Origin: Malacoraja senta
Lineage: Eukaryota
Assembly (NCBI GenBank): GCA_038087875.1
Contig: CM075992.1
Span: forward strand, 6,574,001-6,634,000
Direction of reading: 5' to 3'
Length of the DNA: 60,000 nucleotides
Positions 1 to 12,545 of this stretch are shown here, piece by piece. The notes beneath the pieces were generated by a model that was not told the DNA's origin, made no database searches, and saw only the letters and a list, made by a program, of their open reading frames with translations. The first letter of the stretch is position 1. Every line of letters starts with the position of its first letter. A program made the position numbers and the translations under genes.

Positions 1-61
1 AATCATATCACACCAAGATGTCTAGTCCCACCAGTGCCTCTAGTTTCTTAGAACTTAAAGC

Positions 62-900
62 AATCCAGCATGTCACCAATTACTCAAACAAACTTCTACT
101 CATGCACTGTAGAAAGTATCCTGAAAGGTTGCATTACAACCTGGTGTGGCAATTCCTATTCACAGGAGCGCAAGAGGCTGCAGAGATTGGTGGTAGACAA
201 AAATGCTGGAGAAACTCAGTGGGTGAGGCAGCATCTATGGAGCGAAGGAAATAGGCAACATTTTGGGTCGAGACCCTTCTTCAGACTGATGTGAGGGTGG
301 GGGGGGGGGGGAGAAGAAAGGAAGAGGTGGAGACAGTGGGCTGAGGGAGAAGAAAATAAGGACTACCTGAAATTAGAGAAGTCAATGTTCATACCGCTGG
401 GGTGTAAACTGACCAAGCGAAATATGAGGTTCTGCTCCTCCAATTTACGGTGGTCCTCACTCTGGCCATGGAGGAGGCCCAGGACAGAAAGGTCGGATTC
501 GGAATGAGAGGGGAAGTTGAGGTGCTGAGCCACCGGGAGATCAGGTTGGTTAATGCGGACCGAGCGGAGGTGTTGGGCGAAACGATCGCCAAGCCTACGC
601 TTGGTCTCACCAATGTAGAGCAGCTGACACCTAGAGCAGCGGATGCAATAGATGAGTCGAGAGTGGTGGACTAGCATCACGGGCACGGCCCTCCACTCCA
701 TCGAATGCATCTACACCACGCGCTGCCTCAAGAAGGCTTCATCGGTCATCAAGGAGCCCCACCGTGCCCTCTTCTCGCTGCTTCCGTCGGGCAGGAGGTA
801 CAGAAGCCGGAAGTCCCACACTGCCAGGTTCAGGAACAGCCACTTTCTCACAACCATCAGTGTCTTGAACCGACCCACACATCCTAACCCTATCTTGGCA
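62..900 (+). mobile_element. Decayed Rex1/Babar-type LINE 3' fragment, split by a Penelope insertion
   Basis: Translates to NFYSCTVESILKGCITTWCGN..RKRLQRLV (before ~190) and [35 protein letters not shown] (after ~660), matching the C-terminus of the ORF at 41744-43153. Confidence 0.75.
194..658 (-). mobile_element. Penelope-like element 3' fragment (GIY-YIG endonuclease plus terminal repeat)
   Basis: ORF 363..710(-) LIYCIRCSRCQLLYIGETKRRLGDRFAQH is a GIY-YIG motif; flanked by a near-direct repeat gagattggtgg (183-193) / gagagtggtgg (659-669). Confidence 0.85.
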
Positions 901-1049
901 ACAGAACACTATGGACCACCTCTTCTTACACTACCATGGACTTGTTCTTCTAATTGTATATTTTTGCATCTATGCCTGGGTTTATTTTTCCACTATCTCT
1001 TTCTTTTCATTTATGTGTAATTTATATGTTAATTTATACACTGCTGCAG

Positions 1050-1420
1050 TTTAGAGATACGACATGGAAACAGGTCCTTCGGCCCACCGAGTCCACGCTG
1101 ACCACTGATCACCTGTTCACATTAGTTTTTAGTTTGGTTTAGAGATACAGCATGGAAACAAGCCGTTCAGTCCACCGAGTCCACGCTAGTTTATAGTTCA
1201 GTTTAGTTTAATTTGGAGATACAGCGTGGAAACAGGCCCTCTGGCCCATCAACTCCGCGCAGATCAGCGATCACCTATACACTAGTTCTATCCTACACAC
1301 TGGGGACGATTTACAGAAGCCAATCAACCTATAAACCTACATGTCTTTGGAATGTGGGAGGAATCCGGAGAAAACCCACATAGTCACGAACCTACAAACT
1401 CCGTACATACAACAGTCGAG
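1050..1420 (-). mobile_element. tRNA-derived SINE fragment (HE1/V-SINE-like) with three tandem copies of its 3' tail
   Basis: Tail motif tttagagatac..tggaaaca.gccc recurs at ~1050, ~1138 and ~1212; body matches the SINE at 11609-11896 in reverse. Confidence 0.7.
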
Positions 1421-2736
1421 GTCAGATAAGTTCATCACATCAGCCATGATCACATTGTATGGCGGTGCAGGCTCGAAGGGCCGAATGGCCTACTCCTGCA
1501 CCTATTGTCTATTGAATCAAAGCCGGGTCTCTGTAGCTGTACTGTTCTATGTTTATGTTCATTACTTTATATGACATGATACTGTTGCAAAAACAATAGT
1601 AGAACCTCCTTAAATTCTAAGTGCTTGCAGTGAGATTATTTGACGTTCCCATTACATTGAGCCCTCTCTGGGGAGAATTAGAGAATCACTGATTAAAACT
1701 TCTGGAATTCATTATTTGACTGGCTATGTCCAGATGCTGCTGTCTCTCTTCATCCATTTTAAGGGTGAGCTTTGCTAACATGCCTGGTATTTCCATTGCA
1801 AATTGTTTGACCACACATTGTGTTCATGCCTGCCTGCATTGTGATAACTAAGCTCACCGAGGGCCTCTGCTGGTAGAAATGAAATACTGCAGAGCACAAC
1901 CGTGAGCAAGGTCCTGGTAACTTATCAAGTCTGGAGAAGTGTTCTCCAGAGATGCTACCAGACCCGCTGAGTTACTCCAGCACTTTGTGTCCTTCCAAGT
2001 AATCTGAGTCTGAAGAAGGGTCCAGACCCGAAACATCATCTGTCCATTTCCCTCCACGGCTTCTGCCTGACCTGCTGAGTTCCTCCAGCACTTTGTGTTT
2101 TTCTCAAGATTCCAGCATCTGCAGTTTCATGTATCTCTAACTATTTTTGGTTGAATCCTATTAAAGTTAATAGCTACAACTAGTGGAAAGGGTGGGTGGA
2201 GGTTACTGCAACATTTAAGTTGCTTCAATTGCCACACCAGACTAGTGACTGTCCCTACCCAGGCAAAGAAATTAATTCCAATCTGATCATAATTAGCTTG
2301 ATGAGCTATCTTTTAGAAATTGCTGGTATGGTTACTTGATCTCAGTTGTATTCATTCAGACCTTGTTCAAATCGTATTAATGTCTGAAGAAGTGTCTCTA
2401 CTCGAAACGACACCTATTCCTTCTCAGCGGGTGCGGCAGCATCTATGGAGCGAAGGAAATAGGCAACGTTTCGGCCCGAAACCTTGCCTATTTCCTTCGC
2501 TCCATAGATGCTGCCGCACCCGCTGTGTTTCTCCAGCACTTTTGTCTACCTTCGATTTTCCAGCATCTGCCATTCCTTCTTGAACCTATTCCTTCTCTCC
2601 AGAGATGCTGCCTGTCCTGCAGAGTTATTCCAGCATTTTGTGTCTGTCTTCTTTAATGTTTTGATGCACATTTATTGAACTAGGATCACACAGACAGGTT
2701 TAGGTTTTGTTATTGTCACGTGTACTGAGGTGTACA

Positions 2737-3045
2737 GTCCAGAACCAGGGGCCACAGTTTAAGAATAAGGAGTAAGCCATTTAGAACGGAGACGAGGAAA
2801 CACTTTTTCTCACGGAGAGTGGTGAGTCTGTGGAATTCTCTGCCTCAGAGGGCGGTGGAGGCAGGTTCTCTGGATACTTTCAAGAGAGAGCTAGATAGGG
2901 CTCTTAAAAATAGCGGAGTCAGGGGATATGGGGAGAAGGCAGGAACGGGGTACTGATTGGGGATGATCAGTCATGATCACATTGAATGGCGGTGCTGGCT
3001 CGAAGGGCCAAATGGCCTACTCCTGCACCTATTGTCTATTGTCTA
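2737..3045 (+). mobile_element. CR1 LINE 3' fragment
   Basis: Closely similar to the 3' end of the CR1 at ~18790-19090 (GHSLRIR..FFS.RVV.LWNSLP and 3' UTR). Confidence 0.85.
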
Positions 3046-3110
3046 TTGTATGCAAAAAAATAATAATTTCACTGTGCTTAGTTACACGTGACAATAAAGT
3101 AGCATTGAAC

Positions 3111-3272
3111 CTGTGTGGGTGCACATGTGCGTGTGTGCGCGTGCATGCGTGTGTGTGCTTGTATGTCTATGTGTGCTCTTGCATGTGCATGCACTAGTCT
3201 GTGTGGGTGTGCGTGTGCATGCATGCGTGCATGTGTATGTGCACGCATATGCGTGCAGGCGTGGGTGTGTGA
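3111..3272. repeat. Degenerate (TG/CA/CG)n alternating purine-pyrimidine microsatellite
   Basis: Seen directly: tgtgcgtgtgtgcgcgtgcatgcgtgtgtgtg... Confidence 0.9.
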
Positions 3273-4217
3273 GCATTGTGTACGCCTTTCTCTGCGGTTA
3301 ATGTACCATGTTTAAGAAGGAACTGCAGATGCTGGAAAAATCGAAGGTAGATAAAAATGCTGGAGAAACTCAGCGGGTGAGGCAGCATCTATGGAGCGAA
3401 GGAATAGGTGACGTTTCGGGTCGAGACCCTTCTTCAGACTGGCATATAGTTCTCAGCATTGTAGCGCATCAGTTCCAGAGACAAAGTCCAACGTCCACAA
3501 CAGAGTCGGGGTAAAATGGACAGTACCCTAGCAATGAGGTAGCTGAGGTAGTGCAGGGGTGTTTAATATTGAGATTCTCGGGTTCAGGCTCATCCTATGT
3601 GCTTGTGTCATGTCATGACAAGAACTCAAGTATTAATCTGTACATCTATCAATGCATCTATGTGAAAGATCGGGGGGAGAATTTTGATTATTTATTTTCT
3701 CTTTATCACTGCATGAATAGTAAGATTAAACGAGAACTTACCTAAGTTTGAAGTTTGATCTTTATTTTATGAGGAGTTACGTAGGTGATTACGTGAAGAA
3801 CCCCGCCAGTGCGCCAATCTTCAAAGCAGCGGTGTGAAATCACAAAAAACAACAACCGAAGTAATATAGTCTCATAATAAAACGAGTAATACAAGAACTT
3901 CCATCTGACCTTTATGATAGAGGGTAGGGTCGTGGTGGGCACGTAATCACCTACGTAACTCCTCATAAAATAAAGATCAAACTTCAAACTTAGGTAAGTT
4001 CTCGTTTAATCTTACTATTTTACTTCAGAGTCACGTGACTACGTGAAGATTTTAAAGCTTTGTGATTTCATGCCGTGGATCAATCCCGGCTTCTCACTGC
4101 ATAGATTGACTCGGAACGAGAATAATTAATCATGCATTCATAATAACATTTGTACCACAAATGCAGTAATTCATTTCAATAATGAAATTAATCAGATCCC
4201 CTTTAAACCAGAGGAAT

Positions 4218-5170
4218 TTACACAGAACTTAAAATAGTTTCTGCAAACAACCCCGCATTAACAATAGGCCGATGGTAAAGATGTTGAAACATCAACTCAT
4301 TGGACCACCCGGCGGCTGCGAGGATATGGTCGACGGGGACGTCTTTTGCCCTGGCTGCCGACGTTTCTGCTGCCCTAGTCGAGTGAGACGTAAAAACATA
4401 AGTGTTAATACCAGCAGCTGTTAAGACTTCTTTTATCCATCTGGAAATAGTCTGTATTGAAACTCTCTTGTGTGGTTTCTTGTGTGTGATCAACAACCCA
4501 GTTTCCGTATTCTCAAATTCTTTGTGACCTCAATGTATTGTAATAAATATGTCTTAATACAGAGACATGGATCATTTGGATATGCTGCTAGCATAATTTT
4601 AAATCCTGTCACACCTGGCCTAATTTACTTTAGTAGGTCATAGATATAGAATGTAACCTTGTCTTCAGTTACTTCCATACTGTCTATTTGTAATTTTCCA
4701 AGTGTTTGCACTCGTTGTGCTGTCACTCATGCCATAAGCATGAATACGTTCATACTGAGCTTGACCAAAGGTAAAGACACACTTGATGACCATTCACGAA
4801 GTAGTTTCAGTACCACACTTACATCCCAGATTGTCACGTACCTAGGTTTCGGTGGTTTGGAATTAAAGATTCCTTTCATTAGTCTGGAAACAATTGGGTG
4901 TGACCCAATTGGATTTCTTTCTGAATCCAGAACCAAATATGAGGACAATGCACTTCTGGCTGAATTAATTGCACTACAACTCAGACCTTCATCATAATAA
5001 AGTTTTGACAGAAATTCTAAACATTTGAAATATCTGCAGTACTTTATTGCACATTCTTTTGTACACAGAACTCTTCCCATTTCTTAATATAAGAAAGGTA
5101 CTGTTTTTGAGTGCTCTTCCTCCAGGCTGCCGTAAGCATGTCCACAGTATGCTCAGACAGTCCTCGTCCC
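4218..5170 (-). pseudogene. DIRS tyrosine recombinase (frameshifted)
   Basis: ORF pieces 4727..5080 (INSARSALS..HPIVSRLMKGIFNSKPPKPRY..WDV) and 4218..4496 (TISRWIK..FTSHSTRAA..ILAAAGWS..F..Y). Confidence 0.9.
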
Positions 5171-5197
5171 AGAAAAGGCATTCTTAAAACCTGCAAA

Positions 5198-6900
5198 TCA
5201 ACAAATCCAAACGATCATATAATGGATGTTGTTCCCTTGTACAGGGTGCAGCAATAAATTACTCTTTTTTGGGACTTTCATCAACATTTGTGTTGTTAAT
5301 TCTAATATCAACGGATACCATGGCTGTGTAGGCCAATCTGGTACTACCAATACCCTTGAAGCAGCATCTTGCCTGATTTTAAGCAAACATTGGCTTATGA
5401 GGCAGAAAGGTGGAAATATATATGAAAACATACCACCCCAATGTAGCGAGAAAGCATCAATCGCCACTGCTCCTGGATCTGGTTTCCATGAGACATATCT
5501 CGATAGCTGATGATTCAAGTCGATGTCGGTCATTCCAAATCTGATTACTATATCATTGAATACCTCTTGATTCAACATCCATTCTTTATTATCATGGAAC
5601 TTTCGTGACCTGGTGTCTGCTATCATGTTCATTCTACCTGGTAGATAGATACCTGAAATCCAAATGTTCTGTTCAATACACCAAGACCAAAGTTGATTTA
5701 ACCATTTTGTCACATGACACCGACTTAATTCCACCCATATCATTAATATAGGCAACTACTGTTGTGTTTATTAATTTGAACTTGAACCTTCCTTTTAGTT
5801 GTGTTAGAACCATAAGCTTGGAGTCCATAGAAACCTCCTAAAAGCTCCAAATAGGTAATTCCCCATGTCTGCAGTAACACTAACTTTTCCTGATTCCATC
5901 TGCCTCCGCAGCTCGATGTTAAGTCAGTTGCACCCCATCCTAGTGCACTGGCATCAGTTTGTAATATCATGGAAGGTTGTTCAATCAGCACTTTGCCTGA
6001 ACTGCTTGAGACATGTAGAATCCACCACTGCAGATTAAAAACAGCATTTGTTGTTACTTGCATGGTTCTATCAAAATGACCAGCATTTACTCTCAGTGCC
6101 TGTTCTTTGATTCTCTACAGCTGTTGATAATGTAATGGTCCTACTGGACTGCTGGGAATCTACTAATTTTCCCAGTACTCGAGCCACCTGTCTGATTAGA
6201 GGTTTTTGCTCGTTTAACAGATTACTGCAATCTTTAATCAACTCCACCCTTTTTTCACTGGGCAAAGTAATTTGCATTTGGGCTAAATCAATTGTGAACC
6301 CCAAATAATCAATCGAGGTACATGTTTTTTACCTTGATTTCTTTGGATGAATTTAGAGACCCCCAAACTTTCAAAAGTTTGATTTTATAACTGCAACCGA
6401 TGCTTCTGTTGACTGTTTTGTCCTTCCTATAATCAGGACATCATCCAGGTATGCCATTAGTACATGCCCCTGGCTCTCAGCAACCCCAGAATTGATTTTA
6501 ACAATTTTATGAATATTCTGGGAGGGAACGTTAACCCCTTAGGCAGAGCTTTGAACTGCCCTAATTGGTTCATCCATGTAAATTTAAGATTCTTCATATC
6601 TTGCAAGTGAACAGACACTGAACAAAAGGATTCAAACTTGTCAAGTCTATAATAATCCTACATCCTCCATCCTTTTTTGATCGAGGGAATATATTTGACC
6701 CAAATTGGCGAATTTGGTAGACTGATTCTTCAATAACACCTTTTATATATAGGGTTTTGAAGCGCAACTTGAACCTCCATTACTTCGCAAAGTGGAGAGT
6801 TCTGCTAGGAACATGCTGGACAGGCAAATCATAATTAGGATTGAATTCAATTCGAAATCCTTGTATATTATTCAGAATTACCACACCTGAAGTAATCTTC
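5198..6900 (-). pseudogene. DIRS pol: reverse transcriptase, RNase H and methyltransferase-like domain (frameshifted)
   Basis: MAYLDDVLI at ~6430-6460(-); ILQTDASALGWG in 5743..6063; YLPG..N..AD..SR and DAFSLHW..YIFPPF..LVVPDWPTQPWYP in 5198..5755. Confidence 0.88.
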
Positions 6901-6949
6901 TTGCAATGTTTGTAGAAGAGACGTAATCTGCCTCCAACTTTTGGACTTA

Positions 6950-8272
6950 ATCCAGTTAGTATGTTCCCCTGAGAACCAGGTCCACCTACCTCTTGAGTCA
7001 TTTGAGTATTCTGAGATCCCTGGATTCTCCCGGAAGCACCACCACTGGTCCTTACCCCCGCTGCAGGCCGCCAGCTACGTCCCTGCGTTGATGAGCGACT
7101 TGGTCCTGGTCTAGGATCCGTATGACGTCTGAAAGGATACTTCCTCTTTACAGACTTTGCAACCATTGATGTTTTTATCAATCCTGTTTTCGCTTCATCT
7201 TCCAACTCTTTAATACGTCTCCTGAGATCCTCTCCAAAGAGTAAGTTGGGTAATTGTATATTACTTGGTTTGCAGAGTGCTGCGAATTTTGGATTCATAG
7301 TAGGCCGTATAGCACTTTCCTCAGATAATTGATCTCGAAGTGGGTGCTGCATAGCAACCCCAGTGCTTCCTGATGCAACTTCGTCATCTCTTGGCTGTTA
7401 CCTGCTATTCTGGTAAAAGCAGTTATTCCAGAACCCAGCAGCTTTAATATTCTCTGCAACTGATTCCAGATAATTTGGTTCACTGCTGCTGCTTTCAGCA
7501 ACCCACAGTTACTTGGGGTCTCCTGCTTTCTTGCAGTCTCATCCATCTCCTGCTGTTCCAGCTGATGGTAAACCAAGTAATTTATTAAGGAGGCCAGTTC
7601 TTCTCCTAATGGCTCTCCTGACCCTGACGGGGCAGCGAATCCTACTGCCAGGGGTGGAACATCTGGCAGCTGCCATTCATCGCCTTGTACAGCCTCACCG
7701 TCAGAGTCGGGGTCTGAAATCTCATGACCCGTAGCATGCTCCTCATTCCTGAGGGTGCATTCCATCAGCCCTGAGCCAGGTGCTGTTAAGCTGCTTCCTG
7801 CAGCTTGGATTACAGTACACTCCTTCCTGAGTGAACTTTGCTCCAACAGCCTATGGAAAATGCTTTCTATTTGGGCAATACGCTCGAAAGCAGTATCTAG
7901 CCCTGTACCAGGAGCTGTTTGAGCTGCTTCCAGCAGCTTAGCTTTCAGTACACTCCTCCCTGAGTGAACTTTGCTCCAACAGCCTATGTAAAAGGCTTTC
8001 TATTTGGGCAATACGCTCGAAAGCAGTATCTAGCCCTGGAGCTACTTCCATTGCCTGGGACTCCCTCCGTGGGCCGTTGGGATTTAAACTTTGTCTTTTG
8101 CCCGACAGGCGCTGACTGTGTTTTCACCAGTCCCAGGTCCACAGTCGCTATGCTCACCGCTGGCGACTGTACCGGGGTTTAGAGGCGGTTGGTCTCTAAC
8201 CGCAGACTCCCGACTTTCCCGACTTCTGTCGGCTGTGTCGCTCGCCTCTTCCCCCTGTCCGTTTTTTCCATG
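6950..8272 (-). pseudogene. DIRS gag-like ORF1 remnants
   Basis: ORFs 7295..7846 and 6780..7352 (P.NC.LL....VN..IW; LLFGEDL) located 5' of pol in the element. Confidence 0.65.
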
Positions 8273-9059
8273 GCATCTGTGGAAAAAATTCCCATAGACC
8301 CACAGTAAACGGACCTGGAAAACATGAAAAAAGTTTCTACTTACCTTGCAGTTGAAAAACTACAAATCCACTGGAGGAGCTCTGCTCCTCACGTCCGTTT
8401 GCGTCAAGGCGTCTGACGTAATGACACGCAGGCGCACTGGCGGGGTTCTTCACGTAGTCACTCACCTGACTCCGAAGTAAAATCACAGTGCGGACCCATG
8501 TCATGTATTCATAATGCACTCGTTAGATGCCATATAAAAGATTATTTCTAAGATGAAGCTAAAGCTGAATGGTTGATGCACTCACTGTGCCAAAAGACCT
8601 ACTTCTGAACTGTAGTTCCCAGTGGCTTTATGACTCTCATTAAGTTAATTGATTTGACAAATAATACTTTCTTTGCTCCTTATCAGTACAAGGTTAAATT
8701 GTGGCTTGCTGCAAACCTAATAAAATATCCAATTTTTTTAGATACCTGTCAGAAAGTAATTCCTTTGGAATCATCCTTCCTGCTTTTCACGCCCAACCTC
8801 GTTTCTCCTCTCCAGATGAGATCAGCATCTGCTACCAAACATCTGGAGGTTCAGGGCAATGTTTTTTATTTACTACCCCATAGGTTGGCCCTGGCAACTG
8901 GGATCAGTTTAGTGCTTGGCTGAGGGATTAGGCCCAGGGCCTGTTGGATGGTATAACCTTCCTCTCGTAAGCTTTTCTGTCTGCTTGCATTGTAATCAAG
9001 TGCAGCTGTTGTTCCCATTTGAGGGCTTCAGTGTAGATGGAGAACATTACATTCTGAGA

Positions 9060-9352
9060 CAGCACCGGTTGTAGTACTTATCTTACAGCACCAGAGACCC
9101 AGGTTTGATCCTGACTACGGGTGCCGTATGTATGGAGTTTGTGCGTTCACCCCGTGACTTGAGTAGGTCCAAGATCTCCGGTTTCTTCCTGCACTCCAAA
9201 GACGCACAGGTTTGTAGGTTAATCGGATTGGTATAATTAAAATTGTCCCTACCGTGTGTAGGATAGTGTTAGTGTGCGGGGATCGCTGGTTGGCACGGAC
9301 TCAGTGGGCCGAAGGGCCTGTTTCTGCGTTGTATCTTTAAACTAAACTAAAA
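9060..9352 (+). mobile_element. tRNA-derived SINE (HE1/V-SINE-like)
   Basis: B-box-like ggtttgatcc, shared central domain, tail gggccgaagggcctgtttc..taaactaaactaa. Confidence 0.8.
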
Positions 9353-9542
9353 ATGAAACTAGTGAGGCTTATCTTCTGACTCCCCCATATTCTATGTGGA
9401 TCTCCTTGATGCAACAAGGATTTGGAACCAGAGTATAGAGAGTGATCACTACATTCATGGTTCAGTGAACCTAGGCTCCTGCTTCCAAAGCATCGTCACC
9501 AAATTAAGTTGTTTTCAAAATGAAAGGTTTCAGGTGTATGAC

Positions 9543-10054
9543 TAGGGTTGCCAACTTTCACGTGCCCAAATAAGGGACAAAAGGTCAAAATAAGGGACAA
9601 ATTCCCGACGGCAATTCGTTGACCGACTATGCCGTGGCTGGGTGAATGATGAGTTGGCCCCGGGTGCTGGACTGCACACAAAGCCCAGCCGGCGGGCCAG
9701 CTGAGGAGTTTTGGCCTGGGCCGCTCGACGTCGCACGCAAAGTCCGGCACCCCATCCAACTCATGAACCGATGATTGGCCCATGAGAAGGAGGGGTGGTG
9801 GTGGTGTCAGCGGTAAGCGAAGGTCCGAAGGTCGGCCAGCTGGCCGGGCTGCCGACCGACGTGGCCACAGGCGAGGCGCTGCTGCTGCACTCCATGGGCT
9901 GCTCTACGTCGGGATGCGGCGCTCCGACCCGGCAGTCCTCTCGACCCGAGTAGTAGCAGTCAAATACGGGACAAGGGCGGTCCTGTATGGGGCAAACCAA
10001 TTTAGCCCAATATACGGGATGTCCCGACTAATACAGGACAGTTGGCAAACCCTA
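9543..10054. mobile_element. Non-autonomous hAT-like DNA transposon (MITE)
   Basis: TIRs TAGGGTTGCCAAC / GTTGGCAAACCCTA; 8-bp flanks tgtatgac / agtatggc (6/8 match); subterminal aaata(a/c)gggaca repeats. Confidence 0.85.
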
Positions 10055-10482
10055 AGTATGGCACAGAAACAGGTCTTTCAGTCACAGGTCACAATGTCTG
10101 TGCCAAACATAATGCCAAGATAAACTAATTACCTCAAAGACTAGAGGGCATCACATTAAGGTGAGAAGGATGAAGCCTAATCTCCTCTACCTGCAAGTGA
10201 TCCATATCCCTCCATTCCCTGCACATCCCTCTGCCTATCCAAAAGCCCCTTAAAAGCCACTATTATATCTGCCTCCACCACCACCCATGCCAATGTGTTC
10301 CAGGCACCCACCGCCCTCTGTGTAAAAAACATGCCCTTTAAACTTTGCCCCTCTCACCTTAAAGTGATGCCTTCTATTCTTTGAGATTTTCACCCTGGGA
10401 AAAAAAGATTCTGACTGTCTACCCTACGAATGCCTCTCATAATCTTATACATGTATGGAACGAGCTGCTGGAGGAGGTAGTT

Positions 10483-10962
10483 TTTTTTTTTATTTTTTTA
10501 TTTTTTTTTTTTATTTTTTAGAAGTACGGTAGATTACAGTAATGTACAACACGTATATATTAATACATTTTTTGTACCGCTTCACTTTTTTAATCTTTAA
10601 GAAAGAAAAAGAAAGAAGTAAGAAAAGTGAAGAAAGTGCACAAAGGTTGTGAAGTGCAAAAGAGTGTTGGGAAAAGAAAGCCCCTTAGAAAAGAAGTTAG
10701 AGAAGGAAGTAAAGTTAGAAAATAGACCCTAGAAAAAAAAAAGAGAAAGAAAGAAGGAACAATCGCTCTATTATAATTCTTATACCATACTTCATAGAGA
10801 AGGAACTACCAACCAAGTCTGTTTTTATTTTACCTCCCATTACCAGGTCCAGATACCTTTTATTTATTTATTTGTTTTTCTAAATTACTATTGCACCTCA
10901 TGCTTGTAATAGGTCCAAAAACGTAGACCACGTCTTTTGAAATTGATCTACTTTGCCTACTA
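10483..10962 (-). mobile_element. 5'-truncated L1/Tx1-clade LINE 3' end inserted in a CR1 fragment
   Basis: Poly(T) tail on + strand; 10915-10967 resembles the ORF2 end at ~44360-44410; 13-bp TSD ggaggaggtagtt (10470-10482) / ggaggaagtagtt (10963-10975). Confidence 0.8.
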
Positions 10963-11608
10963 GGAGGAAGTAGTTGATGCAGGTACAATCACAATGTTTA
11001 AGAAGCATTTAGACAGGCACATGGATAGAATAGGTTTGGAGGGATATGGGCCAAATGCGGGCAGGTGCGACTAGTGTAGATGGGGCATGTTGGTCGGCAT
11101 GGGAAAGTTGGGCCGAAGGGCCTGTTTCCAGGCTGTATGCCTATGACTATGAATCTATTCTTTGAACTAAGTGAACCTTCTTTGGCTGTAATAACATTGG
11201 ATTCCTACAAGGGTGTTCAGCCCATTGTTTCCTGTACTCTCCCTCTGAAGGAGCTTTCCAATTAGTTCTTTGTACCATCAGGGCCAAAGATGGACACAAA
11301 GTGCCAGTGTAACTGAGCAGGTCAGGCAGCATCTGGAGAAAAGGATGGATGATGTTTCAGGTCAGGACCCTTTTAATTAAATTGTGTGAAAACAAAAGCT
11401 TACAGCAAGTCAGCCAAGAAGTGGTGAGCTTGATTCAAGGACATTGCAAAATGAACTAAGAAGTGTAAATATCCATGATTTAGAGTGACATTTTACAGAC
11501 TATTGGATTAAGTATATCAAGGACAAGTGCTGCGAGCGGATTTATCTTCAGATCAACATCGTGCTTTGAAATGTTTAGAATAATGTTTCAATGAGTTATT
11601 TCTTGTCT

Positions 11609-11896
11609 GGCACAGTGGCACAGCAGCAGAGTTGTTGCCTTACAACACCAGAGATCCGCGTCTGACTATGGGTGCTGTCTGTATGGAGTTTGTATGTTCT
11701 CCCTGTGACCGCATGAGTTTTCTCCAGGTGCTCTAGTTTCCTCCCACACTCCAAAGGCGTACAGATTGGTCGATTCTGCAAATTGTGAATTGTCCCTTGT
11801 GTGTAGGATAGTGCTAGTGTATGGGGTAAACGATGGTCGGCATGGACTGGGTAGGCCGAAGAGCCTGTTTCCACGCTGTATCTCTAAAGTCTAAAG
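11609..11896 (+). mobile_element. tRNA-derived SINE (HE1/V-SINE-like)
   Basis: ggcacagtggcacagc A-box-like head, shared core, tail gcctgtttccacgctgtatctctaaagtctaaag. Confidence 0.85.
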
Positions 11897-12410
11897 AGTC
11901 CTTCCAGTAATTGTGTGACTACAGACATCAGCAGAATGCAGAAGTTGTGGATTTGGAAAGCATGGTAGATAACCTCATTCTGAAGTTACATTTTGCACTA
12001 AAACTATTAATCTGCTTTTCCAGTTTCTTTATGAGGTAATCAGGCAGCTTGCTACTGCCAGTTTCATAATGAGATATTGGATATTCTAAAACACCTCTCA
12101 GTTCCACCATCAAATGCCAACCTGGCACATTTTTAATGACCAAACCAAGTCGAAGTGCAGTAACGTATACTTAAGTGTTGAACTGTTGGCCTGCACTCCA
12201 TACTAGTTGACTGTGGTCTAATAACCACCATTCTAGATCTTAACAGCAGATTCCAGATATTTACAGCAGCCAGCTAGTCCGACATTAATTCCATCATGAG
12301 GTGTTTCCCACTTCCTCGTTGCTTTTGGATGAGCTCTAGGATTTCTCAAAGCCATCCTCACATTCCCATTCAATGATACAAGGAATCGAACATTTCCCAA
12401 ATCTTAGACA

Positions 12411-12545
12411 TCTCTAGTCCAGGTCTTTCTGATCTCTCCCTCCCTCCACTCTTGGTTCTCCAGTCCAGGTCTTTCTGATCTCTCCCTCCCTCCACTACTG
12501 GAATCTCTAGTCCAGGTATTTCTGATCTCTCCCTCCCACCACTCC
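12411..12545. repeat. Minisatellite, three copies of a 46-47-bp unit
   Basis: tctc(t/c)agtccaggt(c/a)tttctgatctctccctccc.ccact starts at 12411, 12457 and 12504. Confidence 0.9.

Larger units (their letters stand above)
3716..8483 (-). mobile_element. Full-length, decayed DIRS1-like tyrosine-recombinase retrotransposon
   Basis: Inverted terminal repeat 3790-3815 vs 8431-8456; internal complementary region 3940-4048; minus-strand ORF remnants in the order gag, RT (YLDD), RNase H (TDAS..GWG), adenine methyltransferase-like (DAF..W..YIFPPF), tyrosine recombinase (HSTR..AAGWS..F..Y). Confidence 0.93.

Noticed and set aside
1858..1920. Minus-strand signal-peptide-like stretch TRTLLTVVLCSISFLPAEAL before a GTGAG donor
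   Set aside because: In-frame stops immediately upstream, no ATG and no partner exons identified; likely chance
5198..5755. Methyltransferase plus recombinase plus RT as a bacterial or phage defence system or horizontal transfer
   Set aside because: Domain order and termini match a DIRS1 retrotransposon, where this combination is already known
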